DNA of 64,000 bases, taken from the NCBI GenBank assembly GCA_001542995.1, contig LFLA01000024.1, positions 68,499 through 132,498 of the forward strand, given 5' to 3'. Position 1 is the first letter of the stretch. Each line of letters opens with the position of its first letter. The DNA is from Nitrospina sp. LS_NOB (GTDB taxonomy: Bacteria; Nitrospinota; Nitrospinia; Nitrospinales; VA-1). Below are positions 13,681 to 23,997 of this stretch, piece after piece. The notes below the pieces were generated by a model. That model was not told the origin of the DNA. It saw nothing but the letters and a program-made list of their open reading frames with translations, and did not search any database. The translations under genes were made by a program, and so were the position numbers.

Positions 13681-15037
13681 CTTTTTCGATAAGCTCGATT
13701 ATTTTCCGGATGGACATCTCTAACTCATTGTTTTCTTTAACTAAATTAGATATTTTTTTGTAGGAGAAAATCACTGTTGTATGATCCTTGCCGCCAAACT
13801 GACGACCGATTTCAGGAAGTGAGGATTTAGTGTGTTCCCGACATAAAAACATGGCTATTTGGCGGGGTACAGAAATATCCCGAGTGCGCCTTTTAGATTT
13901 AATATCAGATACCTTAAGGTCGTAATATCCGGCAACAGTTTTAAGGATGTTGCTAATGGTGAAATGTTTGTTTTTATCTAGCGTAAAATCTTTTAACACT
14001 TCTTTGGTTAATTCTAAATCAAGCTTTCTATACGTAAAAGAGGAAAACGCGATGACCCTAAGTAAGAAACCTTCTAACTCGCGAATATTGGATTTTATGT
14101 TACCAGCTATGAAAATAGCGACGTCTTGCGAAATAGTTTTTTGGTGAAAGTCGGCCTTTTTATACAGAATAGCAACCTTCGTTTCTAGGTCGGGAGGATT
14201 GATATCTGCCACCAGCCCGGACTCAAACCGGGATCGTAACCGTTCTTCCATCTTCTGAATATCTTTAGGATACTTGTCGCTGGAAATAACGAGTTGTTTA
14301 TGTGATTCGTAAAGAGTATTGAAGGTATAAAAAAACTCCTCTTGAGTCCTTTCCTTGCCGGCAATGAATTGAATATCATCGACTAGCAGGACATCTAAGG
14401 GACGATACCTTTTGCGGAATAATGGCATTTTATCTTTTTTAATGGATTCAATTAGGTCAACGGTGAAGCTTTCGGCAGAAATATAACGGACTCGGGATTC
14501 GGGGTTGTTCTCACAAATTTTATTACCAATGGCATGTAGAAGATGTGTTTTACCTAACCCTACTGCCCCATACAAAAATAAAGGGTTATAAGCGACGGCT
14601 GGGTGGGTGGCAATGGCCAAAGCCGCTGCATGGGCAAACTGGTTGCTCGAACCAACCACGAAATTTGAAAAATTGTATTTAGGATTGAGAGAGGACGAAA
14701 CGCTAAGGCTCTCAACGGGCTTAATAACCAAGGTTTCCTCAACTTCTTTGTCTTGTCCCGTTTGGGCTATAGTTTCAGATTCTATGCAAAAGTCTACCAG
14801 GATCGGTTTTTCTGTGACAGATTTCAAAGTACTTTCGATCAGGTCCCGATAATTCTCTATGAGGCACTTTCTATAAAATTGATTTGGAACTGCGATGGTC
14901 ATCAAACCATCATCGAGAGTCCTGGGATAGGTGGGCGAAAACCAAGTGGTATAGCTTTCGGGCAGTATTTGCTCCTCAATTTTTTCTAAACATTTTTTCC
15001 AAAGGGCTTCTTTGACTTCCATAGTTTTTGGAAACAA
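13676..15037 (-). CDS. dnaA: Chromosomal replication initiator DnaA
   Basis: YNPLFLYGAVGLGKTHLL, LLVDDIQF, RELEG and GRQFGGKDHTTV motifs. Confidence 0.98.
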
Positions 15038-15514
15038 ATAATGAGTTGTGGGGGAAATTGGCGTTCAATATATAAAAGAAGAGCCCTAAAAGCAACCTCA
15101 AAAACCAGGAATAAGATCAAAGCCCTCCAACTTCAACATTAACAAAAGTTTTTAAAACAGATTTTTTTATATGTTTGCTTAATCAAGAGTCTGCCCATGA
15201 GTCTTCTCTCCACACTTAATTTTTAAAGGTTAGAAACCACACTATTCCAGTAGGTTAGGGAATCCGTACCTTGTTCCGGGTTACATAAGTTAAGAGGGTT
15301 GGTTTGCGAGTCCTTTTGGAAGAAGAATTTTTAACCAAAATGGCTTTCTAGCACACTAATTTAAAATTAGCCCATTAGTTCTAATTTTCCTATCAAGCCT
15401 TTTGCGCACTGGGCTTTGCCTGCCTCAGGAAAAGGTCGGAATTTTCCGGCCTTTTCCTCCCCCCAACAATAATAAATTAACAAAACATTTATTGTTAACT
15501 GGAGATATATCTGC

Positions 15515-15748
15515 ATGAATTGGTTGAATGGAAAAAAAACGTATATTATTTCCGCTCTGATGGCCATGGCCTCGCTGGTAAGTTTAGTAACAGGCGATCT
15601 AACACTGCTGGAATTTTTAAATGGCGAGCAGATGATAAACCTGTTCGAGGCCTTAGGGCTCACTACTTTGCGGGCTGGAATCCAGCAAAACCAGAAAGAT
15701 ACAACCCACGAGATCTTAAAAAATATTCACTTTCCCTATGCAGGTTAA
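15515..15748 (+). CDS. Small phage membrane protein (holin-like)
   Basis: 77 aa with GKKTYII..TM..GLTTLRAGI pattern, common among small phage membrane proteins. Confidence 0.6.
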   Translation: MNWLNGKKTYIISALMAMASLVSLVTGDLTLLEFLNGEQMINLFEALGLTTLRAGIQQNQKDTTHEILKNIHFPYAG

Positions 15749-15789
15749 TGACCCGGTCATGAATAGCTCGCTTTTATCAGATCAAACTC

Positions 15790-16143
15790 ATGAGTCTTGA
15801 ATTATTTCGGGCTCTGACGCCCTGGGTCTCGCTCTTACTTTTGCTGGGACTTGGAACTATCGGCTGGTTGATACGTTGGATGTTGGCAGAAAACCTTCGC
15901 CGGTTCCGTGACTTTAAGGAAAACCTCGAAGAGATTGAAACTTCCCTTCGCGATCTTGAGCGGGGGAGACAGGACGATCAAAAATACCTGTTTGAGCAAT
16001 ACGTCGATAAGAAAGCCTTTTATGTTGCTGTCGGGAAAAATGAAGCTTTGATAAGCAGGATATTTAAACAATTAAACGAACTTGCAAAATCAGTAAACCA
16101 GATTGTCGGTGCTTTGAATGCAGGAGAAAATAGAAATGTCTAA
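15790..16143 (+). CDS. Phage membrane/coiled-coil protein (DUF2730-like position)
   Basis: N-terminal TM helix followed by a coiled coil; lies before the terminase genes as in Mu-like phages. Confidence 0.6.
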   Translation: MSLELFRALTPWVSLLLLLGLGTIGWLIRWMLAENLRRFRDFKENLEEIETSLRDLERGRQDDQKYLFEQYVDKKAFYVAVGKNEALISRIFKQLNELAKSVNQIVGALNAGENRNV

Positions 16144-16582
16144 ACCCTTATCTGAAAATTTGGATCGCCTTGATGAATTGCTCTCAGGGCTTGAGGAGCT
16201 AAAAGAAATTGTACGGAATTTGATCCATGATTTTCCTGACGATTTAAAAATTCATCGGGTTTACTGTGCCTATGCAGGAAAAATTTTAGAAACTATTAAG
16301 ACCCGCATTCAGGTTGAAAACATAGATCCAGACTGGCTTCTCTCAGAAGCCTTAAAAACCGTCGCTCTTTTTCTTGCAGAAAATGGAGAGATCAGCGCCG
16401 CAAACCTTGTGGGGAACCACGTAGAAGAAATTGAGGAAAAAGTTAAACAAATATGGTGGCAACCCGAAGAAACAAAAGTATCGAGCCTAAATATAAAACA
16501 GGAACCTTCATTAAAGAGCTCCTCAAACCATTTGGTAAAACCAGCCAAAAGCAGAAAGAAAAACGAAGAACCCGTGCAATAA
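16136..16582 (+). CDS. Putative terminase small subunit
   Basis: Helical protein directly upstream of and overlapping terL; RBS (GGAG) before ATG 16136. Function inferred from position only. Confidence 0.5.
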   Translation: MSKPLSENLDRLDELLSGLEELKEIVRNLIHDFPDDLKIHRVYCAYAGKILETIKTRIQVENIDPDWLLSEALKTVALFLAENGEISAANLVGNHVEEIEEKVKQIWWQPEETKVSSLNIKQEPSLKSSSNHLVKPAKSRKKNEEPVQ

Positions 16583-18045
16583 AAGAACTTAAATATTTTG
16601 CCCAAAAATATTTTCCCCACCATTTGACGGAAAAACCCTCATCCATGCATGAGGACATGTTTTTGCGTTATCAACAACAAATTATTAATTCCGCGTCATC
16701 GGGAAAAGGAGGAAAAGAAGCGCTGGCCGCTCCACGCGGCAACGCCAAATCGACTCTCAGTACGCTTATTTTGCCGCTCTGGTGTATTGCCGGGGCTAGA
16801 AAAAAATTTATCGTTATCATTTCTGATACCACGGAGCAAGCTGAAGAGTTTCTTGATGGCATAAAATCAGAACTGGAAGCTAATAAAAGGTTGATGGAAG
16901 ATTTCCCAGAAGCCTGTGGTCCGGGCCGCACCTGGAAAGCCGCCAAACTCATTACGGAAAATGGTATTGCCGTCCGGTGCTGGGGAAAGCGTAAAAGATT
17001 GCGGGGAGCCAGGCATGGAAACCGTCGGCCCGACCTGGTTATTTGTGACGACCTTGAGGACGATGAGAACATCGATTCTCCCGAACAACGCGAGAAGGAC
17101 CGTAAATGGTTCTTCAAAGCGGTGATGAAGATTGGTGGCCGGTACACGGTTTATATCGTTATCGGCACCCTTCTTCATTACGATTCTCTGCTAGCTCGAT
17201 TATTAAAACGGCCAGGCTGGAACGGCAAAAAATGGCAGGCGGTTATTCGCTGGTCTTCTTCCCAACTTTGGGAAAAGTGGGAAGGGCTTTATACCTCCCG
17301 CTCTCTTGATGCGGAGCAAAAAGCCGAGGAGTTCTTTTGCCAGCATCAAAAAGAAATGTTGCGGGGCACCTCTGTTCTCTGGCCGGAAGTAGAAAACTAT
17401 TATTATCTGATGGCTATGAAGGTTTCAGATGGCCCGGCATTTTTTGACTCTGAAAAACAGAATGAACCGGTGAACCCTGATGACTGTTTGTTTCAGGAAG
17501 AGTGGTTCCGTTTTGCCCCGGAACCCGTGCCTACTCAAAAAGAAACGAGGTTCTACTGTTCCATTGACCCATCCATGGGTTCATCTTCCAACAAGGCCGA
17601 TCCGTCAGCCATTCTTATTGGGGCACTTCAGCCCGATGGAATCATCGATATCATCCAGGCTGACATTCAGAAGCGGCATCCGGATTCCATCATGGAAGCC
17701 CTTTTCGATTATCACCGTCAATACCAGTTTGAAAGGATCGCTATTGAAGAAGTCCAGTTCCAGCAACTGTTTAAGGACCAGGTAATTAAAGAAGGGGCTA
17801 AACGGAAATTGTATCCCCCGGTTGAAGGGGTACGGCCCATCAATGATAAAACTCTGCGGATTTCGAAATTACAACCTCATATTAAAAATGGTCTGATCCG
17901 GTTTCGCAGAAACCAGACGGTTTTTTTGGAGCAATTGAAATATTTTCCCAAAGCCAGTCACGATGACGGGCCTGATGCTCTGGAGATGCTCTTTAATCTT
18001 ATCAACAACGGTTTTAACGGGCCTCGTATCCGTCGAGTCGCCTGA
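16453..18045 (+). CDS. terL: Terminase large subunit (Mu gp28-like)
   Basis: YFAQKYFPH, Walker A APRGNAKST, Walker B RPDLVICDDLEDDEN, nuclease IDPS ... HDDGPDALE. Confidence 0.92.
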   Translation: MVATRRNKSIEPKYKTGTFIKELLKPFGKTSQKQKEKRRTRAIKELKYFAQKYFPHHLTEKPSSMHEDMFLRYQQQIINSASSGKGGKEALAAPRGNAKSTLSTLILPLWCIAGARKKFIVIISDTTEQAEEFLDGIKSELEANKRLMEDFPEACGPGRTWKAAKLITENGIAVRCWGKRKRLRGARHGNRRPDLVICDDLEDDENIDSPEQREKDRKWFFKAVMKIGGRYTVYIVIGTLLHYDSLLARLLKRPGWNGKKWQAVIRWSSSQLWEKWEGLYTSRSLDAEQKAEEFFCQHQKEMLRGTSVLWPEVENYYYLMAMKVSDGPAFFDSEKQNEPVNPDDCLFQEEWFRFAPEPVPTQKETRFYCSIDPSMGSSSNKADPSAILIGALQPDGIIDIIQADIQKRHPDSIMEALFDYHRQYQFERIAIEEVQFQQLFKDQVIKEGAKRKLYPPVEGVRPINDKTLRISKLQPHIKNGLIRFRRNQTVFLEQLKYFPKASHDDGPDALEMLFNLINNGFNGPRIRRVA

Positions 18046-18106
18046 AAAAACAATGGGTATATTTTTATTAATCAAATGTATTTCCTTTTATTAAAGGAGT
18101 TTTCTT

Positions 18107-18373
18107 ATGACCGATCCCTTCAAAAGCTATGAAACGGCTCCTACCAGCCCGGCCCGTAAGGGTTTTTCCATAACGCCTGATGATTCAGTGGATCTTTCGA
18201 TAACCTGCCGGGCTCTGTTTGTGGGTGGAGCAGGGGACATCGCTGTTATTCTTGCCGCTGATTCTTCTTCGATCATGTTTAAAAATATTCCTGCAGGAGT
18301 TGTTTTGCCAATTTCTGTTAAACGGGTGGAGGCGACTCTTACCACAGCAACCGATATTTTGGGGCTTTACTGA
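18107..18373 (+). CDS. Head-spike base protein, RcGTA Rcc01079-like
   Basis: DPF....TSPA..FSITPDDS.DL...RALFVGGAGDIAV....FKNIPAG..LPISVKRV.AT.TTATDILGL matches the Rcc01079 family pattern as recalled. Confidence 0.8.
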   Translation: MTDPFKSYETAPTSPARKGFSITPDDSVDLSITCRALFVGGAGDIAVILAADSSSIMFKNIPAGVVLPISVKRVEATLTTATDILGLY

Positions 18374-19065
18374 TGGAGATTGGGCTAGGAAACAGCCTTG
18401 CGACTGCGCGCGGGATTTCGGGGCCTTCTGGCCTTAACCCAGATTATGTAAAACTGCGACTTCATTTTGATTCTGATTTTTCGGATTCGTCGATTCATGA
18501 CAGGCTGCCGACCCTTATCGGCTCGTCAACAATTGATACGGTAGAAAAGGTGTTTGGCGATGGGTCTATGAAAAATCCGGGCCTTAGCGACATGATATCT
18601 TTCCCGGCCAGTTCTGATTTCAATATGGGTGATTCTATCCCTTTTCAATTGAGCTGGAGGATGCGTAGGACATCTGGGAGTCAAGCGGTATTTTTTGCGG
18701 TGGGTAACTATAACAATGGTTACATACTTGCCTCAAATGGGAATTGGACTGCGGTGGAAATTGGGTCGAACAATGCGGTGCAAGGCTCATGGCCTTATTC
18801 AGTCCTAATTAATACATGGGTCGCTTATAGGTTCAATCACGATGGAGCTAATAATTATAGATGGTATGTAAATGGAGTTTTACTAAGCATTAAAGTAATT
18901 ACTGGAATGGTTGACGCGTCTCTTCCATTTGTAGTAGGTGGGCGGCTCACTAATACGGGTATGGCCGGAAACTTTGATGAAGTTCTTTTTGAAAAACACG
19001 CTGATTTGGTTGTCACGACTGACCTGACTTATGAAGTGGAAACCACAGCATTCCCGGATCCATAA
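18373..19065 (+). CDS. Head-fibre-like protein with LamG/concanavalin-A-like domain
   Basis: Coupled to the spike-base gene; N-terminus MEIGLGNSL; LamG-like ...NTWV...WYVNGVL...VGG...GNFDE signature. Confidence 0.7.
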   Translation: MEIGLGNSLATARGISGPSGLNPDYVKLRLHFDSDFSDSSIHDRLPTLIGSSTIDTVEKVFGDGSMKNPGLSDMISFPASSDFNMGDSIPFQLSWRMRRTSGSQAVFFAVGNYNNGYILASNGNWTAVEIGSNNAVQGSWPYSVLINTWVAYRFNHDGANNYRWYVNGVLLSIKVITGMVDASLPFVVGGRLTNTGMAGNFDEVLFEKHADLVVTTDLTYEVETTAFPDP

Positions 19066-19092
19066 GGTCCTTTTATGTGTTTTTAAATTTTT

Positions 19093-19305
19093 ATGGAGAA
19101 AAATAAATTGAAAACAGGATATCAGAAAACGGTTCTTGAATCATTCGACACCGAAAATGTTTTTAGTGGTTCTTCAGATTCCACACCTCTGGAATACATT
19201 AACGATCCGATTATTGAAAAACTTTTGATACAGCAGGAAAAGATAAACCGGTTTAAAGATATCTGTAACCCAGGTATTTCTTATGGTTTTTATCATAATG
19301 GGTAA
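19093..19305 (+). CDS. Hypothetical protein
   Basis: 70-aa AT-rich ORF within the cluster. Confidence 0.35.
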   Translation: MEKNKLKTGYQKTVLESFDTENVFSGSSDSTPLEYINDPIIEKLLIQQEKINRFKDICNPGISYGFYHNG

Positions 19306-19368
19306 ACTCCATAGGTGTTTCACTATCCAATTCTCGCTGAGTTCCATTAAAAAAATAACAATTAAATT

Positions 19369-20577
19369 ATGAAATTTATCGACTGGTTCAAAAACATCCA
19401 GAAAAAAGAAAGCGCGGTGACCCGGGCTATGACCTTATGGTTGCCAGCAGGGCAGGGGGTCTCCAGCAAAACCGATTATGCTTCTTTGGCAAAAGAAGGG
19501 TTCACCCAGAACAGTGTTGTGTTTTCCTGCGTTAAAGAGATTGCTTCGGCAAGCGCTGGCATTCCCTGGGTTTTATTCAGGCAATTGCCCGATGGGGGAC
19601 GACGGGAGGTGTCTCAGCATCCTCTGCTTGATTTGATTGCCCGGCCTAATCCGCTCCAGGGAAAATATGAACTGATTGAATCCATGGTCTGCCATCTCTA
19701 TCTTTCCGGAAATGCTTATATGGAGTCTGTAGGTCCGCCCAGTGGTGGTCCTTCCGGTTTACCTAAAGAACTTTATGTTCTCAGGCCCGATCGGATGAAA
19801 GTCATTCCCGATGTGGTTCATTATGTCGGTGGTTATGAGTATACGGTATCCGGACAGAAGGTGGAGTTCCCTCGTGAGCAAATATTACATTTGAAACTGT
19901 TTAACCCTCTTGATGACTGGTATGGTTTGTCTCCGGTTCAGGTTGCGGCTTTGGCCATTGACAAACTCAACTCAGGCGATAAATGGAATGCATCGCTGTT
20001 GCAGAACGCGGCGGTTCCTTCCGGAGCATTAACCTGCAAGCAACGCCTGACGGACGATCAGTTTGACCGCTTGAAAACCGAAATGCGACGGCAGATTCAG
20101 GGAGTCAACAATGCCCGCGAACCTCTGCTTCTCGAACAGGATCTTGAATGGAAAGAGTTGGGGATTTCCCCCAAAGATATGGATTGGATTGAAGGTCTGA
20201 AAATGAGCGCTCTCCAGGTGGCGCAGGTGTTCAATGTTCCTCCGGAGTTGGTGGGGCTGGGTCCGGCCACGTACCAGAACCGCAAGGAAGCGCGCAAGGC
20301 TTTATATACCGAAGTGGTTTGCCCATTTCTCAACCGGCTTCGCGATGGTTTTAATAATTGGCTGGTTCCGCGATTCGGCGAAAATCTGATTTTGGACTAC
20401 GACAAGGACGGTATTGAGGCTTTGTCGGAAGACCAGGAAGCGTTGTGGAACCGGGTTAATCAAAGCGAATTTTTAACGGTAAACGAAAAACGCCGCATGG
20501 TTGGATTCGATGATGTGGCCGACGGGGATAAGATTTTGCTTAACCACCGTCCAAATTCAAGGAGTGAATCATCATGA
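19369..20577 (+). CDS. Phage portal protein, HK97 family (RcGTA-like)
   Basis: HPLLDLIARPNP, LSGNAY, ELYVLRPDRM, DDWYGLSP, PSGAL and FNVPPEL motifs. Confidence 0.95.
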   Translation: MKFIDWFKNIQKKESAVTRAMTLWLPAGQGVSSKTDYASLAKEGFTQNSVVFSCVKEIASASAGIPWVLFRQLPDGGRREVSQHPLLDLIARPNPLQGKYELIESMVCHLYLSGNAYMESVGPPSGGPSGLPKELYVLRPDRMKVIPDVVHYVGGYEYTVSGQKVEFPREQILHLKLFNPLDDWYGLSPVQVAALAIDKLNSGDKWNASLLQNAAVPSGALTCKQRLTDDQFDRLKTEMRRQIQGVNNAREPLLLEQDLEWKELGISPKDMDWIEGLKMSALQVAQVFNVPPELVGLGPATYQNRKEARKALYTEVVCPFLNRLRDGFNNWLVPRFGENLILDYDKDGIEALSEDQEALWNRVNQSEFLTVNEKRRMVGFDDVADGDKILLNHRPNSRSESS

Positions 20578-21266
20578 AAGAAATTAAATCGTTTCCTTTT
20601 AAGCTGGATGCGCTGAATGATGCCGGAGAGTTTTCCGGCTATGCTTCCACTTTTGGGTCTGTCGACCTGGGCGGGGATGTGGTGGAAAAGGGAGCTTATA
20701 AAAAAACCCTGAAGGAAAGCCAGGGGCGCATCCCTATTCTTGACCATCATGACCCCACTCGGCAGATTGGCTGGAACGTTCAGGCGCATGAAGACGAGCG
20801 TGGTTTGTTCGTGCGCGGACTGCTTGATCTCAATGTCAGTGCGGCACGGGAACGCCATAGCCTCATGAAAATGGCACAGAGCATCGGCGGACGCACAGGG
20901 CTTTCTATCGGATTTAGAACGATCAAGGAGGAACCGGACCGGAAGCGCCCCGACATTCGCCGGTTGAAGGAAATCCAGCTCATGGAATACAGCGTTGTCA
21001 CGTTCCCCATGAACCCGCAGGCGGGAGTGCTCAGCGTAAAAGCGAAAGAACAATTGATTGGCCAGTTTTTGCAAAATGCCGTGGGGTTGGACAAACGACA
21101 AACCCAACTGGCAATCATTAATTTTAAATCACTCCTTTCTAAAAGCAACGAGCCGGGTTTTGCCCACTCGGGTAGATTGAAAATGGGAGCCGATATCCCG
21201 GACTGGGAGCCGTTACGGCTGTCCCTGTGCCGACTTTTAAGCTCTGTAAAGGGAGCCCTGAACTAA
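20574..21266 (+). CDS. HK97-family prohead protease
   Basis: FSGYASTFG..DLGGDVVEKGAY, HHD..IG, GLSIGF and EYSVVTFPMNP motifs. Confidence 0.95.
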   Translation: MKEIKSFPFKLDALNDAGEFSGYASTFGSVDLGGDVVEKGAYKKTLKESQGRIPILDHHDPTRQIGWNVQAHEDERGLFVRGLLDLNVSAARERHSLMKMAQSIGGRTGLSIGFRTIKEEPDRKRPDIRRLKEIQLMEYSVVTFPMNPQAGVLSVKAKEQLIGQFLQNAVGLDKRQTQLAIINFKSLLSKSNEPGFAHSGRLKMGADIPDWEPLRLSLCRLLSSVKGALN

Positions 21267-21369
21267 CCTCGAATTTCTAATTTTAGACCTTCCTCGGGCC
21301 AATTTATACCGTGTTTGTTCCCTATTATATAAGGTCTTCTCGTAAGGGGCCGGGTGAGGGTTTTTTTTA

Positions 21370-22581
21370 TTGAAGGAGATTGAAATGGAAGAGATTAAAC
21401 AGCTTGTTGAGGAACTCAATCAGGCATTTATAGAACATAAGGTAAAAAACGATCAGCGCTTGAACGAAATCCAGAAAAAGGGTTATGCCGATCCTGTTCT
21501 TGAGGAGCAGGTTGATCGTGTGGCGAAAGAGATCCAAAAGCTGGCTGAGGTTAAGGAACGACTTGAGCGGGTAGAAACCAAGCTAGAGCGCCCGATTCTG
21601 GGCAAGCACGAAAGCGATAAGACGGAGCCCTTTTCCAGCGAAAGAAAAGAAGCCGTGATTCATTACCTCAGAAAGGGAGAAGGGTTTTTGACCCCACAGG
21701 AAATCAAACTTCTCGCCACCGACAGCGATCCGGATGGCGGGTATTGGATGACTTCGGAAATATCTCAACAGGCCATTCAAAAGGTTTATGAAACTTCACC
21801 CATGCGCAATATTGCTACGGTTGAGACCATCTCAACCGATGCTCTGGAAATTCCTGAAGACCTTAACGAAGCTGATAGTGGATGGGCTTCGGAACGGTCT
21901 GCCCGCCCTGAAACCAGTACTCCGCAGATTGGCGTACGGAGAATTCCTGTGCATGAGCTTTACGCAATGCCGAAAGCGACACAGACCTTACTGGATGATT
22001 CACGTATTGATGTCGAGTCCTGGTTGTCGGTAAAAATTGCCGACAAGATGGTGCGCATCGAAAACTCCGCCTTCATCAATGGGGATGGTGTCGGAAAACC
22101 GCGCGGCATATTGACTTATTTGCCAGGCACTACCAATCCCGGCCAGGTGCAACAGGTCAATTCCGGAAATGCCAGCTCTTTGACCGCTGATGGCCTGCGC
22201 TCGTTATTTTACACTTTGAAGGGTTCATATATTCCCAATGCCCGGTGGTTGATGTCACGAAGTGCTATTGAAGAAGTTTCCAAGCTGAAAGACTCTGCCG
22301 GTTCTTACATCTGGCAACCGGGGTTTCAGGAGGGAGAACCGCAAACCTTGCTGGGTCATCCGATTGAGCGCATGGAAGATATGCCGCAAGTGGCAGCTAA
22401 TTCCATGTCTGTAGCGTTTGGGGATTTCAGGCAGGCTTATACCATTGTTGACCGGATGGGATTGAGGGTTCTTCGCGATCCTTTCAGCTCCAAACCTTTC
22501 GTGCTGTTTTATACCACGAAGCGCACTGGTGGTGATGTGGCTAACTTTGAAGCCTTCGCCATCCAGAAAACAGCCGCATAA
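21370..22581 (+). CDS. Major capsid protein, HK97 fold (RcGTA g5-like)
   Basis: DGGYW, HELYAMPKATQTLLDDS, AFINGDGVGKPRGIL, AFGDFRQAYTIVDR and LRDPFSSKPFVLFYTTKRTGG motifs. Confidence 0.97.
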   Translation: MKEIEMEEIKQLVEELNQAFIEHKVKNDQRLNEIQKKGYADPVLEEQVDRVAKEIQKLAEVKERLERVETKLERPILGKHESDKTEPFSSERKEAVIHYLRKGEGFLTPQEIKLLATDSDPDGGYWMTSEISQQAIQKVYETSPMRNIATVETISTDALEIPEDLNEADSGWASERSARPETSTPQIGVRRIPVHELYAMPKATQTLLDDSRIDVESWLSVKIADKMVRIENSAFINGDGVGKPRGILTYLPGTTNPGQVQQVNSGNASSLTADGLRSLFYTLKGSYIPNARWLMSRSAIEEVSKLKDSAGSYIWQPGFQEGEPQTLLGHPIERMEDMPQVAANSMSVAFGDFRQAYTIVDRMGLRVLRDPFSSKPFVLFYTTKRTGGDVANFEAFAIQKTAA

Positions 22582-22600
22582 AAAAACCTAACCCCCTCAA

Positions 22601-22705
22601 TACCCCTTCGGGGCACGAAGATTTAGGAAAAATATCACGTCGACCTTGCCAGGGGGAAGTTTTTAAACTCCTCCCCTGTCAAGGGGAGGCGGGGAGGGGT
22701 TAAAA
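22601..22705. repeat. Composite host REP (family A plus CCTCCCC/GGGGAGG hairpin) inside the phage cluster
   Basis: TACCCCTTCGGGGCACGAAG...AATATCACG; the GGGGGAAG..TTTT..AAACTCCTCCC segment also occurs near 4630. Confidence 0.75.
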
Positions 22706-22729
22706 ATAAAACTCTTTTCGGAGAAAATA

Positions 22730-23107
22730 ATGAAAGATCTCAAAAACCATATAGACGCGGTCAACTCCATTAATCCGGATGATTACACCGCAACTATTAA
22801 CGGACTGGGCATTGACCTTCAGGGCTTCGAAGGTTCTGCCGTTGTTTTCAGTGTCGGCACGGTTACGGACGGAACCCATACCCCGAAGATTGAAGAGTCG
22901 GATGATAATTCTAACTGGATGGATGTAGCCTCGATCGACCAGGAGGGACTGTTGTCCGATTTAGCTTCTGACACCAATCAACGTGTAGGATATAAAGGCA
23001 CGAAGCGTTATCTACGTGCGGTATTGACCGTTTCCGGCGCTACCATTGGGGCCCAGGCCGCCAGTCTGGTGCTGAGAGGAATCCCGCATCGGGCACCTGT
23101 CAACTAA
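22730..23107 (+). CDS. Phage protein following the capsid gene (possible decoration/cement protein)
   Basis: beta-rich 125-aa ORF with GIDL..G...ESDD..W..VGYKG.KRYLR pattern. Confidence 0.65.
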   Translation: MKDLKNHIDAVNSINPDDYTATINGLGIDLQGFEGSAVVFSVGTVTDGTHTPKIEESDDNSNWMDVASIDQEGLLSDLASDTNQRVGYKGTKRYLRAVLTVSGATIGAQAASLVLRGIPHRAPVN

Positions 23108-23111
23108 TCAA

Positions 23112-23155
23112 TCCTTTTCCCTTTTTTAATTTGAGGGGAAGGGGAATTTTTTTGG
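23112..23155 (+). terminator. Possible intrinsic terminator
   Basis: Imperfect TCCTTTTCCC/GGGGAAGGGGA hairpin followed by T7. Confidence 0.35.
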
Positions 23156-23164
23156 ACATTATTT

Positions 23165-23374
23165 ATGAAAATTAAAATGCTCAAAACCCGGCAAGGTTCT
23201 CCGGATGGAATCGCCGTCAACACTTATATCAGTGGTGAAATGGTGGATGTTCCGGATGAGTTAGCGCGTGTTTTCATTCAACAACGCTGGGCGCGCAAGG
23301 TCACCAAACCGACAACGAAAGACCGGGGCAAGGCCCCTGAAAACAAAAACACTGTAAAAAAACGAAAACCTTAA
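23165..23374 (+). CDS. Small phage head-region protein
   Basis: 69 aa, MKIKMLK...SPDG...Y..GE.VDVPDELA..FI..WA. Confidence 0.6.
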   Translation: MKIKMLKTRQGSPDGIAVNTYISGEMVDVPDELARVFIQQRWARKVTKPTTKDRGKAPENKNTVKKRKP

Positions 23375-23386
23375 CAGAAAAATAAA

Positions 23387-23989
23387 ATGGCTTTAATAAT
23401 AAGTGTTCCGCCTGTTTCGGAGCCGGTTTCTCTGGCCGAGGCTAAAATCTATTTGCGTATTACGGATAGCGATGATGACGCGTTGATCAATTCTCTGGTT
23501 ACCGCTATCCGGCAAAAGGCCGAAACCTGGACCCGACGTTTGTTCATCACCCAGACTTGGACCTTGTGGCTGGATTGGGCGCCGGAAGGCACGATGCTTC
23601 CCATCCCGCTCTCACCTTTGCAGTTGGTAGTTGATATTAAATCCTATGATTCCGCCAATACGGTCAGCACTTTCGATGCCAGTAAATATCTGGTAGACGG
23701 CGTGTCCACTCCCGGTCGAGTTGGCTTAAATGATGGACAGACTTGGCCTAATGCTCTAAGAGCAATGAATGCGCTGGAAATAAAATTCGTGGCCGGTTTC
23801 GGGGATGCCTCCAAAGTTCCGGAAACGATCAAACAGGGCATTCTGCAATGGGTCAAACTGTTGTTCGCCAACAAATCCAAACTGTATGAATCCAATGAAT
23901 CCACTTCTGGACTGCTAGAATTGAACCGCGTACCCATTCCACCCGCTGTGATGGTTCTGTGGGAACCCTATCGAGTTTTCAAAATATAA
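23387..23989 (+). CDS. Head-tail connector/adaptor (gp6/phiE125 gp8-like)
   Basis: PP.SEPVSLAEAKIYLRI..DDDALI..L...AE..T.R.FITQTW; GFG..VP..IKQGIL. Confidence 0.9.
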   Translation: MALIISVPPVSEPVSLAEAKIYLRITDSDDDALINSLVTAIRQKAETWTRRLFITQTWTLWLDWAPEGTMLPIPLSPLQLVVDIKSYDSANTVSTFDASKYLVDGVSTPGRVGLNDGQTWPNALRAMNALEIKFVAGFGDASKVPETIKQGILQWVKLLFANKSKLYESNESTSGLLELNRVPIPPAVMVLWEPYRVFKI

Positions 23990-23997
23990 TTGATTTG

